From NCBI GenBank assembly GCA_964576435.1, contig CAZNUP010000002.1:42112-106111 (forward strand): a stretch of DNA of 64,000 bases. The letters run 5' to 3'. The notes beneath the pieces are model-generated. The model was given only the letters and a program-made list of their open reading frames with translations, was not told the DNA's origin and ran no database searches. Positions 42,659 through 52,012 of this stretch are shown here, piece by piece (the stretch's first letter is position 1; every line of letters begins with the position of its first letter). Made by a program: the position numbers and the translations under genes. The DNA comes from an uncultured Gammaproteobacteria bacterium (lineage in GTDB: Bacteria > Patescibacteriota > Microgenomatia > JAMCZE01).

Positions 42659-43219
42659 TTATTTTTGTCGAAAATGTTCTCTAAAGACAACTTCGTATGG
42701 TGGCTCATACAAGTGATCTGGAACAATTTGTCTTTCTACATAGTCCTGGGGATTTAGCACTAGTTGCCTGAGACCTCTATTTCTTACGGTCTTTTCGTGA
42801 ATTAGTTTTAATTCGTCTAAAATTATATTCATTGGTGTACCGCTCACTTCATAATCTTCTTGAGCTAGAATAAAAGGTTTGTTTTCGTTAGCATCTGGAT
42901 AAACATTTATAATCAAATATTTATAGTGATCGTCAGGTTTAATTTTTAAAGCCCCTTTTCTTTGCAAAGCTTCAAAGTGGCTGATAATTTTTTTCTCATT
43001 TCCTGGTTCATAACCAAATATCCCGTAAGACAATAAACTAAATGCTCCTATATCTATTCGACCACTTCGATTAGCTACTCGTTCTGCTTGCCTTACTATT
43101 AAATCATCCAACTCTTGGGGAGGTATTTTTCTTGTATATTTATTTACGCCTAATTGGGCAATACCAATTGTCTTTAATGTATCTCTACAGAGAGAAACCC
43201 AATCAGGTGTCTTGACCAT
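42659..43219 (-). CDS. Hypothetical protein
   Basis: 186-aa ORF, no recognised motif. Confidence 0.55.
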   Translation of the reverse strand: MVKTPDWVSLCRDTLKTIGIAQLGVNKYTRKIPPQELDDLIVRQAERVANRSGRIDIGAFSLLSYGIFGYEPGNEKKIISHFEALQRKGALKIKPDDHYKYLIINVYPDANENKPFILAQEDYEVSGTPMNIILDELKLIHEKTVRNRGLRQLVLNPQDYVERQIVPDHLYEPPYEVVFREHFRQK

Positions 43220-43233
43220 ATATTGAAGATTAA

Positions 43234-43443
43234 TTACGCGGTCTTTGTTTCAATTCCAAGAAGCCAAAGCACAGCCTCTTTTTTGTAACGTCTGTCGCCT
43301 CTGGAATTAATTCTTAGAGGAACTAACTTGCCGCGTTTACCCCAACGTTTAATTGTTAACACTGACACTCTGAAGATCTGGGCAACCTCTTTTACTGTAA
43401 GAAGATCTGGTAAGTTATCAAGTGATAGATTTTGATCTGCCAT
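43234..43443 (-). CDS. HTH_17 / excisionase-like (BldC-like) DNA-binding protein
   Basis: LLTVKEVAQIFRVSVLTIKRW...GKL...GDRRY. Confidence 0.88.
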   Translation of the reverse strand: MADQNLSLDNLPDLLTVKEVAQIFRVSVLTIKRWGKRGKLVPLRINSRGDRRYKKEAVLWLLGIETKTA

Positions 43444-43470
43444 ACGCTTGAAACTATGTTTATTTCGTTC

Positions 43471-43499
43471 TTTATATAACTGAGTATATCACTTGTCAA
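43471..43499 (-). promoter_or_regulatory. Sigma-70 promoter for the 69-aa HTH gene
   Basis: Minus strand TTGACA (43499-43494), 17 bp, TATAAA (43476-43471). Confidence 0.65.
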
Positions 43500-43549
43500 T
43501 AGATCAATATGAATTAAATTTATTTTTCTTTTATTTTTGGAGCTATATA

Positions 43550-43978
43550 TTAAATAAGCAGAGTGAAGGGGAGAATGCCGTAATAGAATTGAGAGTAGTC
43601 GAAGCTGGCTATTTGGGCAATTTGTTTTTTATCTGAAATTGAATTAACAAGTGCTTGCTCAAAAGTAATTGTTTGGGCAGAACTAGCATTTGCGAGAACC
43701 AATTTTAATGCATTCTTGGTTTCTGCTTCTTCGGGATAGAGAACATCAATGTTTCCAAGAAAAATTGTTCTTATAAAATCTTGAGCTGTACTGAAACCGA
43801 CATTTTTTTGAAGTTCCTCGTGGGTGCTTATAATTTCTGGAAGTGAAGTGAAGAGGTGCATACCTTCTTGGGCAAAGTATCTAAAGAAGGCTTCTGATTG
43901 AGCATGTCTTGGATTACTTCTGTCTATGAAGGCGTAAAAGACGGAACTAGTTACAAAAACTTTTTTACTTCTTGTCAT
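43550..43978 (-). CDS. VapC-like PIN domain protein, acidic active site degenerate
   Basis: VFVTSSVFYA..DR..RH, IASFD; first PIN Asp position holds Thr. Confidence 0.72.
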   Translation of the reverse strand: MTRSKKVFVTSSVFYAFIDRSNPRHAQSEAFFRYFAQEGMHLFTSLPEIISTHEELQKNVGFSTAQDFIRTIFLGNIDVLYPEEAETKNALKLVLANASSAQTITFEQALVNSISDKKQIAQIASFDYSQFYYGILPFTLLI

Positions 43979-44244
43979 ATTGCTAAGCTCATACCAGAAC
44001 CGTTAAGTTTCCAAAACGGATCGTTAAAGGAAAATGGTTTTTCTGTTTGGGATTTGTTTTTTAGTGGATTGAAGTCTTTTGCGGAATATTCTTTTTGAAA
44101 CTTTAGAAAATCTTCTTCCTTAACACGTACTGCGCCACCAATTTTTACGGCAGAAAGTTTTTTTTCGCGCAAGTAACGCCTCACAGTTAGTGGGTGGACT
44201 TTTAAAATGAAAGCAATTTGTTTGACTGAAAAAAAGTTCTCCAT
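43975..44244 (-). CDS. HTH_17 / excisionase-like DNA-binding protein, putative partner of the PIN gene
   Basis: SVKQIAFILKVHPLTVRRYLREKKLSAVKIGGAVRV; ATGA overlap with PIN gene; start placed at MENFF (44244) given promoter position. Confidence 0.82.
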   Translation of the reverse strand: MENFFSVKQIAFILKVHPLTVRRYLREKKLSAVKIGGAVRVKEEDFLKFQKEYSAKDFNPLKNKSQTEKPFSFNDPFWKLNGSGMSLAI

Positions 44245-44246
44245 AT

Positions 44247-44286
44247 AGTATGCAAAAGTATACATCTATATATAAAAGTATGCAAG
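44247..44286 (-). promoter_or_regulatory. Promoter overlaid by four 10-bp-period direct repeats (candidate operator)
   Basis: Minus TTGCAT (44285-80), 17 bp, TATACT (44262-57); plus-strand units AGTATGCAAA, AGTATACATC, TATATATAAA, AGTATGCAAG. Confidence 0.6.
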
Positions 44287-44377
44287 TCTTGGAAACATTT
44301 GACCCTTATATTTAGGGGTGCTCTAATAAAAACAGTTATTTTTTGATAGTTATTTTTTTGAAGGAGGTGACTCACAA

Positions 44378-44524
44378 ATGTTGTCAGGAATTGGCACACC
44401 CGAACTAGTAGTTGTCGGTATAGTTTTATTAGTTCTCTTTGGAGGTACAAAACTCCCAGAACTCGCAAGAGGTATTGGAGAAACTTTTAAGGAGTTTCGT
44501 AAGGCTGCTGGTGACACAGTTTAA
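44378..44524 (+). CDS. tatA: Twin-arginine translocase TatA/TatE family subunit (not in ORF track)
   Basis: Hand translation MLSGIGTPELVVVGIVLLVLFGGTKLPELARGIGETFKEFRKAAGDTV; SD AAGGAGGTGA at 44361-44370. Confidence 0.93.
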   Translation: MLSGIGTPELVVVGIVLLVLFGGTKLPELARGIGETFKEFRKAAGDTV

Positions 44525-44528
44525 ACAT

Positions 44529-46043
44529 ATGGAAAGATCTGCAAAATTTGCCAAAATAGCATTGTTAGCAGTTCTACTAAACGGGGCAGCCTTGGTGTTC
44601 CCTAAGGACACTTGGGCTGCTGATCGTTTAGATTTTCAAGTTGTGAGTCAAGTTTTAGACACGACGTGGAATTTTTCTGACAGGAGCCTAACAACATTTG
44701 GAAACCTTATTGTGAACCCTCAGGAGCCACCTGTCGTGGCACTTCTTCGACCAAAAGCACCAAAGCCTTCAACAATGGCAGTAGTTCTTGAAACCAAGCC
44801 TGAAGCTTCTACCGAAACTATTCCTACCTTAGATAGTAAGATTCTTCAAACTGAAGCAGTTGCTAAAGAACTTTTTGTTTCAACATCTTATGCAAAAAGT
44901 GAAGCAGGACTTTTGGGACTTAAATGGACAGATTATTCTGGACAAGACGCGGCTTCTAAATTTTATGAACTTCAAAAGAAGTTTGGTCAGGAAACAGATT
45001 CTTCCACAAGTGATTCAATTTTTGGACGCGCAAGCTATTTGAGTGGGTCATGGAATTGGAGTTCTACTACTTTAATAGCAGATAGAATGAAAACCATTGG
45101 CAAAATCTTGAATGATCCAGCGGGACTAACTTATGAGAATGTTCAAACGCTTAGCTCTTTGTTTAATGAACTAGATAGTTTAGTTGGGGACACCAGTGAT
45201 CCATCTGAAAAAGCTACACTTCATGGACAATTATCGCAAACCAAAAATTTAGCTTCCTTACTTTCTCAGCAGACTAGTGATTTAGGGATGCTTCTTTCTA
45301 AGTGGGATAGCTATTCACAGGGAGACAAAGAGCAAAAACTTAATGATATAGCTTTGGGAGTTAAGTCTATAAACCAAATTCCTGGACTTGATGATGTGTT
45401 GTCCGCAACACCATCAGGATCAGATAAAGATCTCAAGAATAAAAGTTATGCAGTACTTGGGGTTGCTAATGCAAATAAACAACTTTTGACAGATAAACCA
45501 GGACAACCTCTTAATAGTAGTTGGCTAGAACTCGGGAGTGTTGTCTTTAAAAACCTGATTTTTAATCCATCTAATACAAACACTCAAGAAATGACGGTTG
45601 ATTACTATTTGCCTCCAGAAGTAGTTAAACAGGAAGATGTTATTGAGATTGATCCAAGTCTGGTTGTTCTTTTTGATTCATCAAAAAAACAGTATCATGT
45701 GACAGGGAAGTTTGTTCTTAATCCACAAGAATCGAAGATTGTTTACGTCCGGGTAAATGATCTTTGGATAATTGACCAAAAAGAGATTTCTAAACTTTCA
45801 GAAGAGGCTAGTGAAGCTTATAAACCATTTTCTAAAGTAGCATTTTTACCATACTTTTCTGAAGGAACTGAAATAAAGAGACAGATTGACGAATCCTTAG
45901 ATAAGGCAATGAAATTTGCTAAAGAATCTGAAGGTTCACCTGAAGAAGAAATAAAATCATATAGACTTGCAAACGATGAGATTAGTAAAGCGTCTAATCT
46001 AATTGAGAAATTACAAGAAAAGGGGAAGATAATTCCATTTTAA
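44529..46043 (+). CDS. Secreted hypothetical protein (helical region plus Ig-like beta region)
   Basis: Likely start MERSAK 4 nt after the tatA stop; signal-peptide-like KFAKIALLAVLLNGAALVFPKDTWA. Confidence 0.65.
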   Translation: MERSAKFAKIALLAVLLNGAALVFPKDTWAADRLDFQVVSQVLDTTWNFSDRSLTTFGNLIVNPQEPPVVALLRPKAPKPSTMAVVLETKPEASTETIPTLDSKILQTEAVAKELFVSTSYAKSEAGLLGLKWTDYSGQDAASKFYELQKKFGQETDSSTSDSIFGRASYLSGSWNWSSTTLIADRMKTIGKILNDPAGLTYENVQTLSSLFNELDSLVGDTSDPSEKATLHGQLSQTKNLASLLSQQTSDLGMLLSKWDSYSQGDKEQKLNDIALGVKSINQIPGLDDVLSATPSGSDKDLKNKSYAVLGVANANKQLLTDKPGQPLNSSWLELGSVVFKNLIFNPSNTNTQEMTVDYYLPPEVVKQEDVIEIDPSLVVLFDSSKKQYHVTGKFVLNPQESKIVYVRVNDLWIIDQKEISKLSEEASEAYKPFSKVAFLPYFSEGTEIKRQIDESLDKAMKFAKESEGSPEEEIKSYRLANDEISKASNLIEKLQEKGKIIPF

Positions 46044-46063
46044 AATAGATCTATATTTTTAGA

Positions 46064-46231
46064 CTATTTTTTATCTTCGTCGTCTTTAATTTGACCGCCT
46101 ATTCCTTCTTTGATGTTTTTAATAGCTTCGCCTAATCCTTTTGCTAGTTCAGGAAGTTTTTTGCCTCCAAAAAGAAGTAGCAAGACTACTGCGACTACGA
46201 TGATTTCAGTTGTTCCAATTTTGTTAAGCAT
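46064..46231 (-). CDS. tatA: TatA/TatE family subunit (not in ORF track)
   Basis: Hand translation MLNKIGTTEIIVVAVVLLLLFGGKKLPELAKGLGEAIKNIKEGIGGQIKDDEDKK; SD GGAAGGTGA. Confidence 0.93.
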   Translation of the reverse strand: MLNKIGTTEIIVVAVVLLLLFGGKKLPELAKGLGEAIKNIKEGIGGQIKDDEDKK

Positions 46232-46247
46232 TATTCTTCACCTTCCT

Positions 46248-46973
46248 TCACTTAGATTTAAAAACAAATCTATTTAATATTAAGGTCAATTCGAACAGGA
46301 ATACAAGTGGCAGAAGAAGAAGGGCGTCTGACAAAAGGTCGTTTAAGGGGAGAAGAACTACAAAAATTAAAGCAATAAAGTAAATGATTGCTCTTTGTTT
46401 TGATAGAAACTTGTGAGAAATTACCTTAAATCTGAGAAGGAGGGCAAGAATGATGGGGAACTGGAAGGCGACTCCTAAAAGAGTTGATGTTAGAAGCGTT
46501 TGAGAAAGAAATTGACTAATGTCCAAAAAATTTCCCACACCTAATCCGGTTGTTTGGACATAGAAAAGTTCAACTGTGTAGCGCATGATCAGGATTCCAT
46601 AGGTAAACCCAATCAAGAAAAGGACCAAGCTAACTGGTAGGAGAATTAAAAGTACCCTAAATTCTTTGGGTTTTAGAGCTGGCTTTAGAAAAGCTAGTAA
46701 CTGGAACATTAAAACTGGGAAAACTACCACAAATCCGACCAGAAGACTGGAATTAATTGCTAGGCCTATGAACTGAAATGGGGAAGTGAACACTAAGTTG
46801 ACGCCTTTAAACTCGAAAATACTTAGAACAAAGCTAACAATTTTTTCGTAATAGATAAAACCGATTATTCCTGCTATTAAAAACAGAGAAACTACAAAAA
46901 GAAGCCGCTTTCTAATCTCAATGACGAACGGAAGAAATCTACTGGTGTTGTCTAAAGCTAAATCTTCGAGCAT
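46248..46973 (-). CDS. tatC: Twin-arginine translocase subunit TatC
   Basis: EIRKRLL, TSPF, FQLLAFLKPALKPKE, LFLIGFTYG, GVAFQFP, LFE; six TM; flanked by tatA-like genes. Confidence 0.9.
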   Translation of the reverse strand: MLEDLALDNTSRFLPFVIEIRKRLLFVVSLFLIAGIIGFIYYEKIVSFVLSIFEFKGVNLVFTSPFQFIGLAINSSLLVGFVVVFPVLMFQLLAFLKPALKPKEFRVLLILLPVSLVLFLIGFTYGILIMRYTVELFYVQTTGLGVGNFLDISQFLSQTLLTSTLLGVAFQFPIILALLLRFKVISHKFLSKQRAIIYFIALIFVVLLPLNDLLSDALLLLPLVFLFELTLILNRFVFKSK

Positions 46974-47122
46974 TATTTGTCGTCTTTAGCACCTTTTCTA
47001 AATTCTTTGATGGAATCTCCGAGTCCTTTAAAGAATTCGGGAATTTTCTTTGAACCAAAAAGAAGGATGACAACTGCGGCGATAATTATAATCTCTGTCA
47101 AACCAATATTGAGGCCAAACAT
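46973..47122 (-). CDS. tatA: TatA/TatE family subunit (not in ORF track)
   Basis: Hand translation [49 protein letters not shown]; TAATG coupling to tatC; SD AAGGAGGTG. Confidence 0.93.
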   Translation of the reverse strand: MFGLNIGLTEIIIIAAVVILLFGSKKIPEFFKGLGDSIKEFRKGAKDDK

Positions 47123-47344
47123 TTACGCCACCTCCTTCTCTTTTTCTGAAGTTGAGTCGGACGTAGTGGAATCATTTTCGTTTTCTAAGGCACTTGAAAA
47201 TTCTTTTTTGACCTTTTTAAGTTCTTTACCTGTTTCACCTAAACTTCTAGCCCATTCGGTCATTCTTTTCCCGCCAAAAATTACAAGAAGAACTACACCA
47301 ATGATTATTAATTCTGTTGTGCCAATATTATCTAAGAATGCCAT
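47123..47344 (-). CDS. tatA: TatA/TatB family subunit with acidic tail
   Basis: NIGTTELIIIGVVLLVIFGGKRMTEWARSLG...KEF. Confidence 0.9.
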   Translation of the reverse strand: MAFLDNIGTTELIIIGVVLLVIFGGKRMTEWARSLGETGKELKKVKKEFSSALENENDSTTSDSTSEKEKEVA

Positions 47345-47390
47345 ACAAAATTAATAATAGAAGTGAGTGTGTGAAAAATCAAGTAAGAGT

Positions 47391-47945
47391 TTAGTCAACC
47401 AGAGGGTCCATAGCAACTACATACCAAGCAATTCCGTCCCACATTTCTAGAGATTGGATTTCTGTATTAAAGCCAAGGGTGCCGACTTCTGGTTTTTTAG
47501 GTCTACCGTTTGTGTTCCAGGTGGCAATTCTTGGAAGACCAACCATCACTGACAATCCGCCACCAATTTCAATGTAGGTTGAGGAGTTTTTGGAAAGTTC
47601 TGGCTTGGCGTCGGGATTACTTGGCAGTCTGATATGACCTCCAAGAACAGTGCCTGATCCATCGTTTGCAAATGTTGCACCCAAAACACCCACACCAGTT
47701 GCTTGTTGGATGTCAGTTTCTGTAACTCCAACTCTTTTAAAGGAATCAGCACCATGAGCCGCAAGGGTTAGTTTAAATTTATTACTGCTTGTCCCATGAA
47801 TTAGGAGATTATTTGACCAAGTTCTGGCGTCAGTGCCATGGAAGATGATTGCCGACTTTGATTTAAAAGTGTCTGTCGCATGAAGAACGCCAGTGTCTCT
47901 GGATTTTATTGCGTCAGCGGTGTGAGTAATTAGAATGTTATCCAT
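47391..47945 (-). CDS. Hypothetical protein sharing its C-terminal domain with the upstream Ser-rich protein
   Basis: ATWNTNGRPKKPEVGTLGFNTEIQSLEMWDGIAWY; N-terminal H(T/A/G)xD repeats. Confidence 0.7.
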   Translation of the reverse strand: MDNILITHTADAIKSRDTGVLHATDTFKSKSAIIFHGTDARTWSNNLLIHGTSSNKFKLTLAAHGADSFKRVGVTETDIQQATGVGVLGATFANDGSGTVLGGHIRLPSNPDAKPELSKNSSTYIEIGGGLSVMVGLPRIATWNTNGRPKKPEVGTLGFNTEIQSLEMWDGIAWYVVAMDPLVD

Positions 47946-47946
47946 A

Positions 47947-50900
47947 TTAATTTGAATTAGGATTTAAATTCATACGTAAAGTGTACCAGGATTGTCCACC
48001 CCAGAGTTCTAGATTTCCTGTATCTGTATTTAGACCTAGTGTTCCTGATTTTGGTTTCATTGGCCTCGTTGATGTTGTCCAGGTGGCCATTTTGGTTAGG
48101 CCAAGTAGGCCGGAACCTCTTGGGGTAACTTTACCCAGCATTGATGGTTGATACTTTGGAGCAGTTGGCCTATTAACCAACAGTTCTAACTCAGCTGGCG
48201 TTAAATTACCACCCCTTAAGAATGCATCAGTTGTGTTGGAGATTGTATATGAGGGGATTGACGATTCACTGGGACTGGCACTGCCAGTTGGGGAGAAGCT
48301 TAGTGAAATACTAATCGATTGGCTTATTGAACCTGTTGGACTTGCTGAAGCAGATTCAGATGATGATGGAGATGGGGAGAAGCTACTTGATGGTGAAGTA
48401 GATGAAGACTCCGAGAGTGATGAACTTTCAGAAATAGATGTTGAGAGTGAAGCTGATGGTGAAAGACTGGCACTTGGTGAGACTGAAGCAGATGTGCTAC
48501 TTGACTCTGAACCTGATAAAGATTCTGATGCACTTTCTGAAAGTGAGGACGATGGACTTTGGCTAGCACTTTGTGACAAAGAAGAACTTTGTGAGAGTGA
48601 TGAACTTTCAGAAAGAGAAGCGGATGGAGAAAGTGACGCCGAGGTACTTCCTGACGTGGAGCTACTTATAGAAGCTGAGGTGCTTTGGGAAACAGAAGAA
48701 GATTGTGAAATTGATGAGGACTCCGATAAACTACTTGACTGTGAGAGTGAAGATGATTCTGACAAACTAGCTGAAGGTGACAAGCTTGCACTTGGTGAAG
48801 TTGATGCAGAAATACTTGGAGAAATTGAAGAACTTATTGAAGCGGATGTACTTTCTGAAACAGAACTACTTGGAGAAAGTGAACTTGACTGGGAAATAGA
48901 AGCTGATGGTGATTGACTTGCTGATGGTGACAATGAGGATGATTCCGACAAACTTGCTGATGGGGAAATCGAGGCTGACGGAGAAAGAGACGACGATGTA
49001 CTTCTACTAGTTGAGGAACTTGTTGATGCAGAAATACTAGACGAGGTTGACGTGGATGGAGAAACTGATTGTGATTCTGACAAACTACTAGATGGTGAGA
49101 GTGATGAACTTGGTGACAAAGATGCTGATGGAGAAATAGAAGCACTGGGTGAGATTGATGCTGATGGAGATGTGGAAGCTGAAACACTAGCACTAGTTGA
49201 AGCTGAAACTGATGCGGAAGTACTTGCTGATGTTGAGGAACTTGGTGATAGGGATGCCGAACTACTTGCTGAAGCAGATCTTGATGCAGAGGATGAACTA
49301 CTTGCTGAAATTGAAGATGACGGGGAAAGACTTGCGCTTGGTGATATAGAAGATGATGGAGAAAGAGACGCTGATGGTGAAAGGGATGCTGATGGAGAAG
49401 TTGATGATGATGGTGAAAGAGATCTGGAAGCACTGGAACTTGTTGAAGATGAAACTGAAGCAGAAGTGCTTGCTGAAGTTGATGAGCTTGGCGAAATTGA
49501 GGCAGAAGGAGAAGTGGATGATGAAGGAGATAGAGATGACGAAGGTGAAAGGCTTGCACTTGGAGAAAGTGATGCTGACGGAGAAGTAGATGCCGATGGT
49601 GATAGGGAGCGCGATGCACTAGCTGATGTTGAAGCACTTTGTGAAGCCGATGTGCTTGCTGAAGTGGAACTACTTGGTGATTGCGATGCGGATGGTGAGA
49701 GTGATGCAGATGGAGAAGTTGATGATGATGGGGAAAGTGACGCAGATGGTGAGATTGATGCGCTTGGTGATGTTGATGAGCTTGGACTTTGAGATGCAGA
49801 CGCACTGGCACTAGTTGAGGCAGAGGTTGACGCTGAACTACTTGCTGAAACAGACGAACTTGGACTTTGAGAAGCAGATGGAGAAATGGATGATGAGGGT
49901 GAAACACTGGCGCTTGGTGAAAGCGATGCTGATGGTGAAACAGATGCCGATGGTGAGAGAGAGGAAGAAGCACTTGCGCTTGTTGAAGCTGAAACGGAGG
50001 CTGACGAACTTGCTGACACGGATGAACTTGGTGAGACTGAAGCTGACGGAGAAACAGATGATGAAGGTGATAATGACGAACTAGGTGATTGTGATGCTGA
50101 TGGGGAAAGGGATGCACTTGGTGACTGTGAGGCAGAAGGGGAAACTGATGCAGAGCTACTTGCTGATGTTGAAGATGAAACAGATGCAGAACTACTTGCG
50201 GAGGTTGATGATGAGGGTGAAATCGATGCCGATGGGGATAAACTAGAGCTTGGTGAAGTACTAGATGATGGACTTAATGAAGCTGATGGTGAAACTGACG
50301 CTGACGGGGAGACTGAGGCTGATGGTGAAAGAGAACTTGATGCACTAGCTGATGTCGACGCACTTGTTGATGCAGAACTACTGGCAGAAACGGAGGAACT
50401 TGGTGACTGAGAAGAAGAAGGTGAGACTGAAGCAGACGGAGATGTTGATGATGATGGGGAAAGTGATGCAGATGGTGAGATTGATGCACTTGGTGAAATT
50501 GAAGATGATGGCGAAAGGGAACTAGATGTACTGGCACTAGTTGAGGCAGAGGTTGACGCTGAACTACTTGCTGAAACAGACGAACTTGGACTTTGAGAAG
50601 CAGATGGAGAGGTGGAAGAACTTGGCGATGTTGAGGAGGATGGAGATAAACTTGCTGAAGGTGAAAGCGAAGCACTAGGAGAAGTGGATGCAGATGGTGA
50701 CAAAGATGATGATGCACTAGCTGATGTTGAAGCACTTACTGAAGCAGATGTACTTGCTGAAATAGAACTTGAGGGACTTAAACTTGCGGATGGTGAGACA
50801 CTCGAGCTTGGTGATAAAGATGCACTTGGTGACAAACTTGCTGATGGGGAGACACTTGAACTTGGAGATTGTGATGCTGATGCACTGGCACTAGTTGAAG

Positions 50901-51936
50901 CTGAAACTGAAGCTGAACTACTTGCTGAAACAGATGAACTTGGGCTTTGAGAAGCAGATGGGGAGATTGAAGCGGAAGGTGATGTTGAAGCAGATGGAGA
51001 AAGTGATGATGACGGTGACAAACTTGCAGATGGTGAAACAGAAGCTGAAGGTGAGAGTGAACTTGATGCACTGGCTGACATTGAGCTACTAGCTGATGCT
51101 GATGAACTTGCTGATGTTGAAGATGATGGACTTATACTCGCCGATGGTGATGTTGAAGCAGATGGAGAAAGACTTGATGATGGAGAAAGTGAAGCGGAAG
51201 GAGAAAGTGATGCGGAAGCTGATGCAGAAACTGATGATGATGCGGAAGCTGAACTACTTGCGGAGCTTGATGAACTTGGTGACTGCGATGCTGATGGAGA
51301 AGTAGATGACGAAGGTGAAGTTGACGCTGATGGTGAAAGACTGGAACTTGGTGATAACGATGCTGACGGTGAGACTGATGCTGATGGCGAAAGAGAACTT
51401 GATGCACTGGCACTAGTTGAAGCTGACACTGATGCGGAAGTACTTGCTGAAGTTGAAGATGAAGGGCTAGTACTTGCACTTGGTGAAAGACTGGAACTTG
51501 GCGATAGTGATGCTGAGGGTGATATTGATGCGCTTTGAGAAATAGAAGCGGATGGACTTTGAGAGGCTGACACACTTGAGGAAGTTGAAGCACTTACTGA
51601 AGCTGAGGCGCTTTGTGAGGCAGAGGCACTTGGAGAAAGTGATGCTGATGGACTAAGGGAAGCTGAAGTTGAAGCACTTGTTGATGCGGAGGTACTAGAA
51701 CTTGGACTTTGCGAGGCAGAGGTACTTGCTGATGTAGATGCTGATGCTGATTCTGATGGACTTAAGCTGGCACTGCTTGCTGAATAGACAGGATATGGTT
51801 GTCCTGGATAAGGTTGACCAAAATCTGTCGTACCAATACCAGAACCTCCTTGAGGAGATTGTTGTGGTGGGGTAGCATTTGGGTCGTCGTTACCTTGAGC
51901 GGGATATGGGTTACCAAAATAGTTAGAACCGAACAT
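47947..51936 (-). CDS. Serine-rich repeat (mucin/SRRP-like) protein, 1,329 aa
   Basis: Over 1,100 aa with Ser at every second position, S(A/S)S(L/V/I/T/Q)SP hexamers alternating with SAS(T/V/S) tracts; unique N- and C-termini; co-oriented with the cluster. Confidence 0.88.
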   Translation of the reverse strand: MFGSNYFGNPYPAQGNDDPNATPPQQSPQGGSGIGTTDFGQPYPGQPYPVYSASSASLSPSESASASTSASTSASQSPSSSTSASTSASTSASLSPSASLSPSASASQSASASVSASTSSSVSASQSPSASISQSASISPSASLSPSSSLSPSASTSPSSSTSASTSASVSASTSASASSSLSPSASVSPSASLSPSSSLSPSASTSPSSSTSPSASQSPSSSSSASSSASASSSVSASASASLSPSASLSPSSSLSPSASTSPSASISPSSSTSASSSASASSSMSASASSSLSPSASVSPSASLSPSSSLSPSASTSPSASISPSASQSPSSSVSASSSASVSASTSASASASQSPSSSVSPSASLSPSASLSPSSSVSPSASLSPSSSISASTSASVSASTSASASSSLSPSASTSPSASLSPSASLSPSSSTSPSSSTSPSASQSPSSSVSASSSASTSASTSASTSSSLSPSSSISPSASISPSASLSPSSSTSPSASVSPSSSQSPSSSVSASSSASTSASTSASASSSLSPSASVSPSASVSPSASLSPSSSTSPSSSLSPSASISPSSSTSASSSASVSSSTSASSSASVSPSASQSPSASLSPSASQSPSSSLSPSSSVSPSASVSPSSSVSASSSASVSASTSASASSSLSPSASVSPSASLSPSASVSPSSSISPSASQSPSSSVSASSSASTSASTSASASASQSPSSSTSPSASISPSASLSPSSSTSPSASLSPSASQSPSSSTSASTSASQSASTSASASRSLSPSASTSPSASLSPSASLSPSSSLSPSSSTSPSASISPSSSTSASTSASVSSSTSSSASRSLSPSSSTSPSASLSPSASLSPSSSISPSASLSPSSSISASSSSSASRSASASSSASLSPSSSTSASTSASVSASTSASVSASTSPSASISPSASISPSASLSPSSSLSPSSSLSESQSVSPSTSTSSSISASTSSSTSRSTSSSLSPSASISPSASLSESSSLSPSASQSPSASISQSSSLSPSSSVSESTSASISSSISPSISASTSPSASLSPSASLSESSSLSQSSSLSESSSISQSSSVSQSTSASISSSTSGSTSASLSPSASLSESSSLSQSSSLSQSASQSPSSSLSESASESLSGSESSSTSASVSPSASLSPSASLSTSISESSSLSESSSTSPSSSFSPSPSSSESASASPTGSISQSISISLSFSPTGSASPSESSIPSYTISNTTDAFLRGGNLTPAELELLVNRPTAPKYQPSMLGKVTPRGSGLLGLTKMATWTTSTRPMKPKSGTLGLNTDTGNLELWGGQSWYTLRMNLNPNSN

Positions 51937-52012
51937 AGGATTGAATTCCTTTTAAAAGGCATTGTATTGCCCATCAAATATTGTGCATCTTAAGAGGTGA
52001 AGTTACAAGAAG

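Noticed and set aside
43234-44244. Excisionase-like genes as a sign of an integrated element
   Set aside because: No integrase or att-like duplication seen; the tRNA 3' ends did not appear repeated in the window
44439-44528. ORF-track N-terminal extension of the 534-aa protein
   Set aside because: Overlaps the tatA gene in another frame; ATG at 44529 gives a proper signal peptide
46977-47354. 125-aa plus-strand ORF
   Set aside because: Antisense to two clear tatA-family genes
48233-51593. Many Asp/Glu-rich (plus strand) and His/Gln-rich (alternative minus frame) ORFs
   Set aside because: Shadow frames of the low-complexity Ser-rich gene; fragmented and without independent starts
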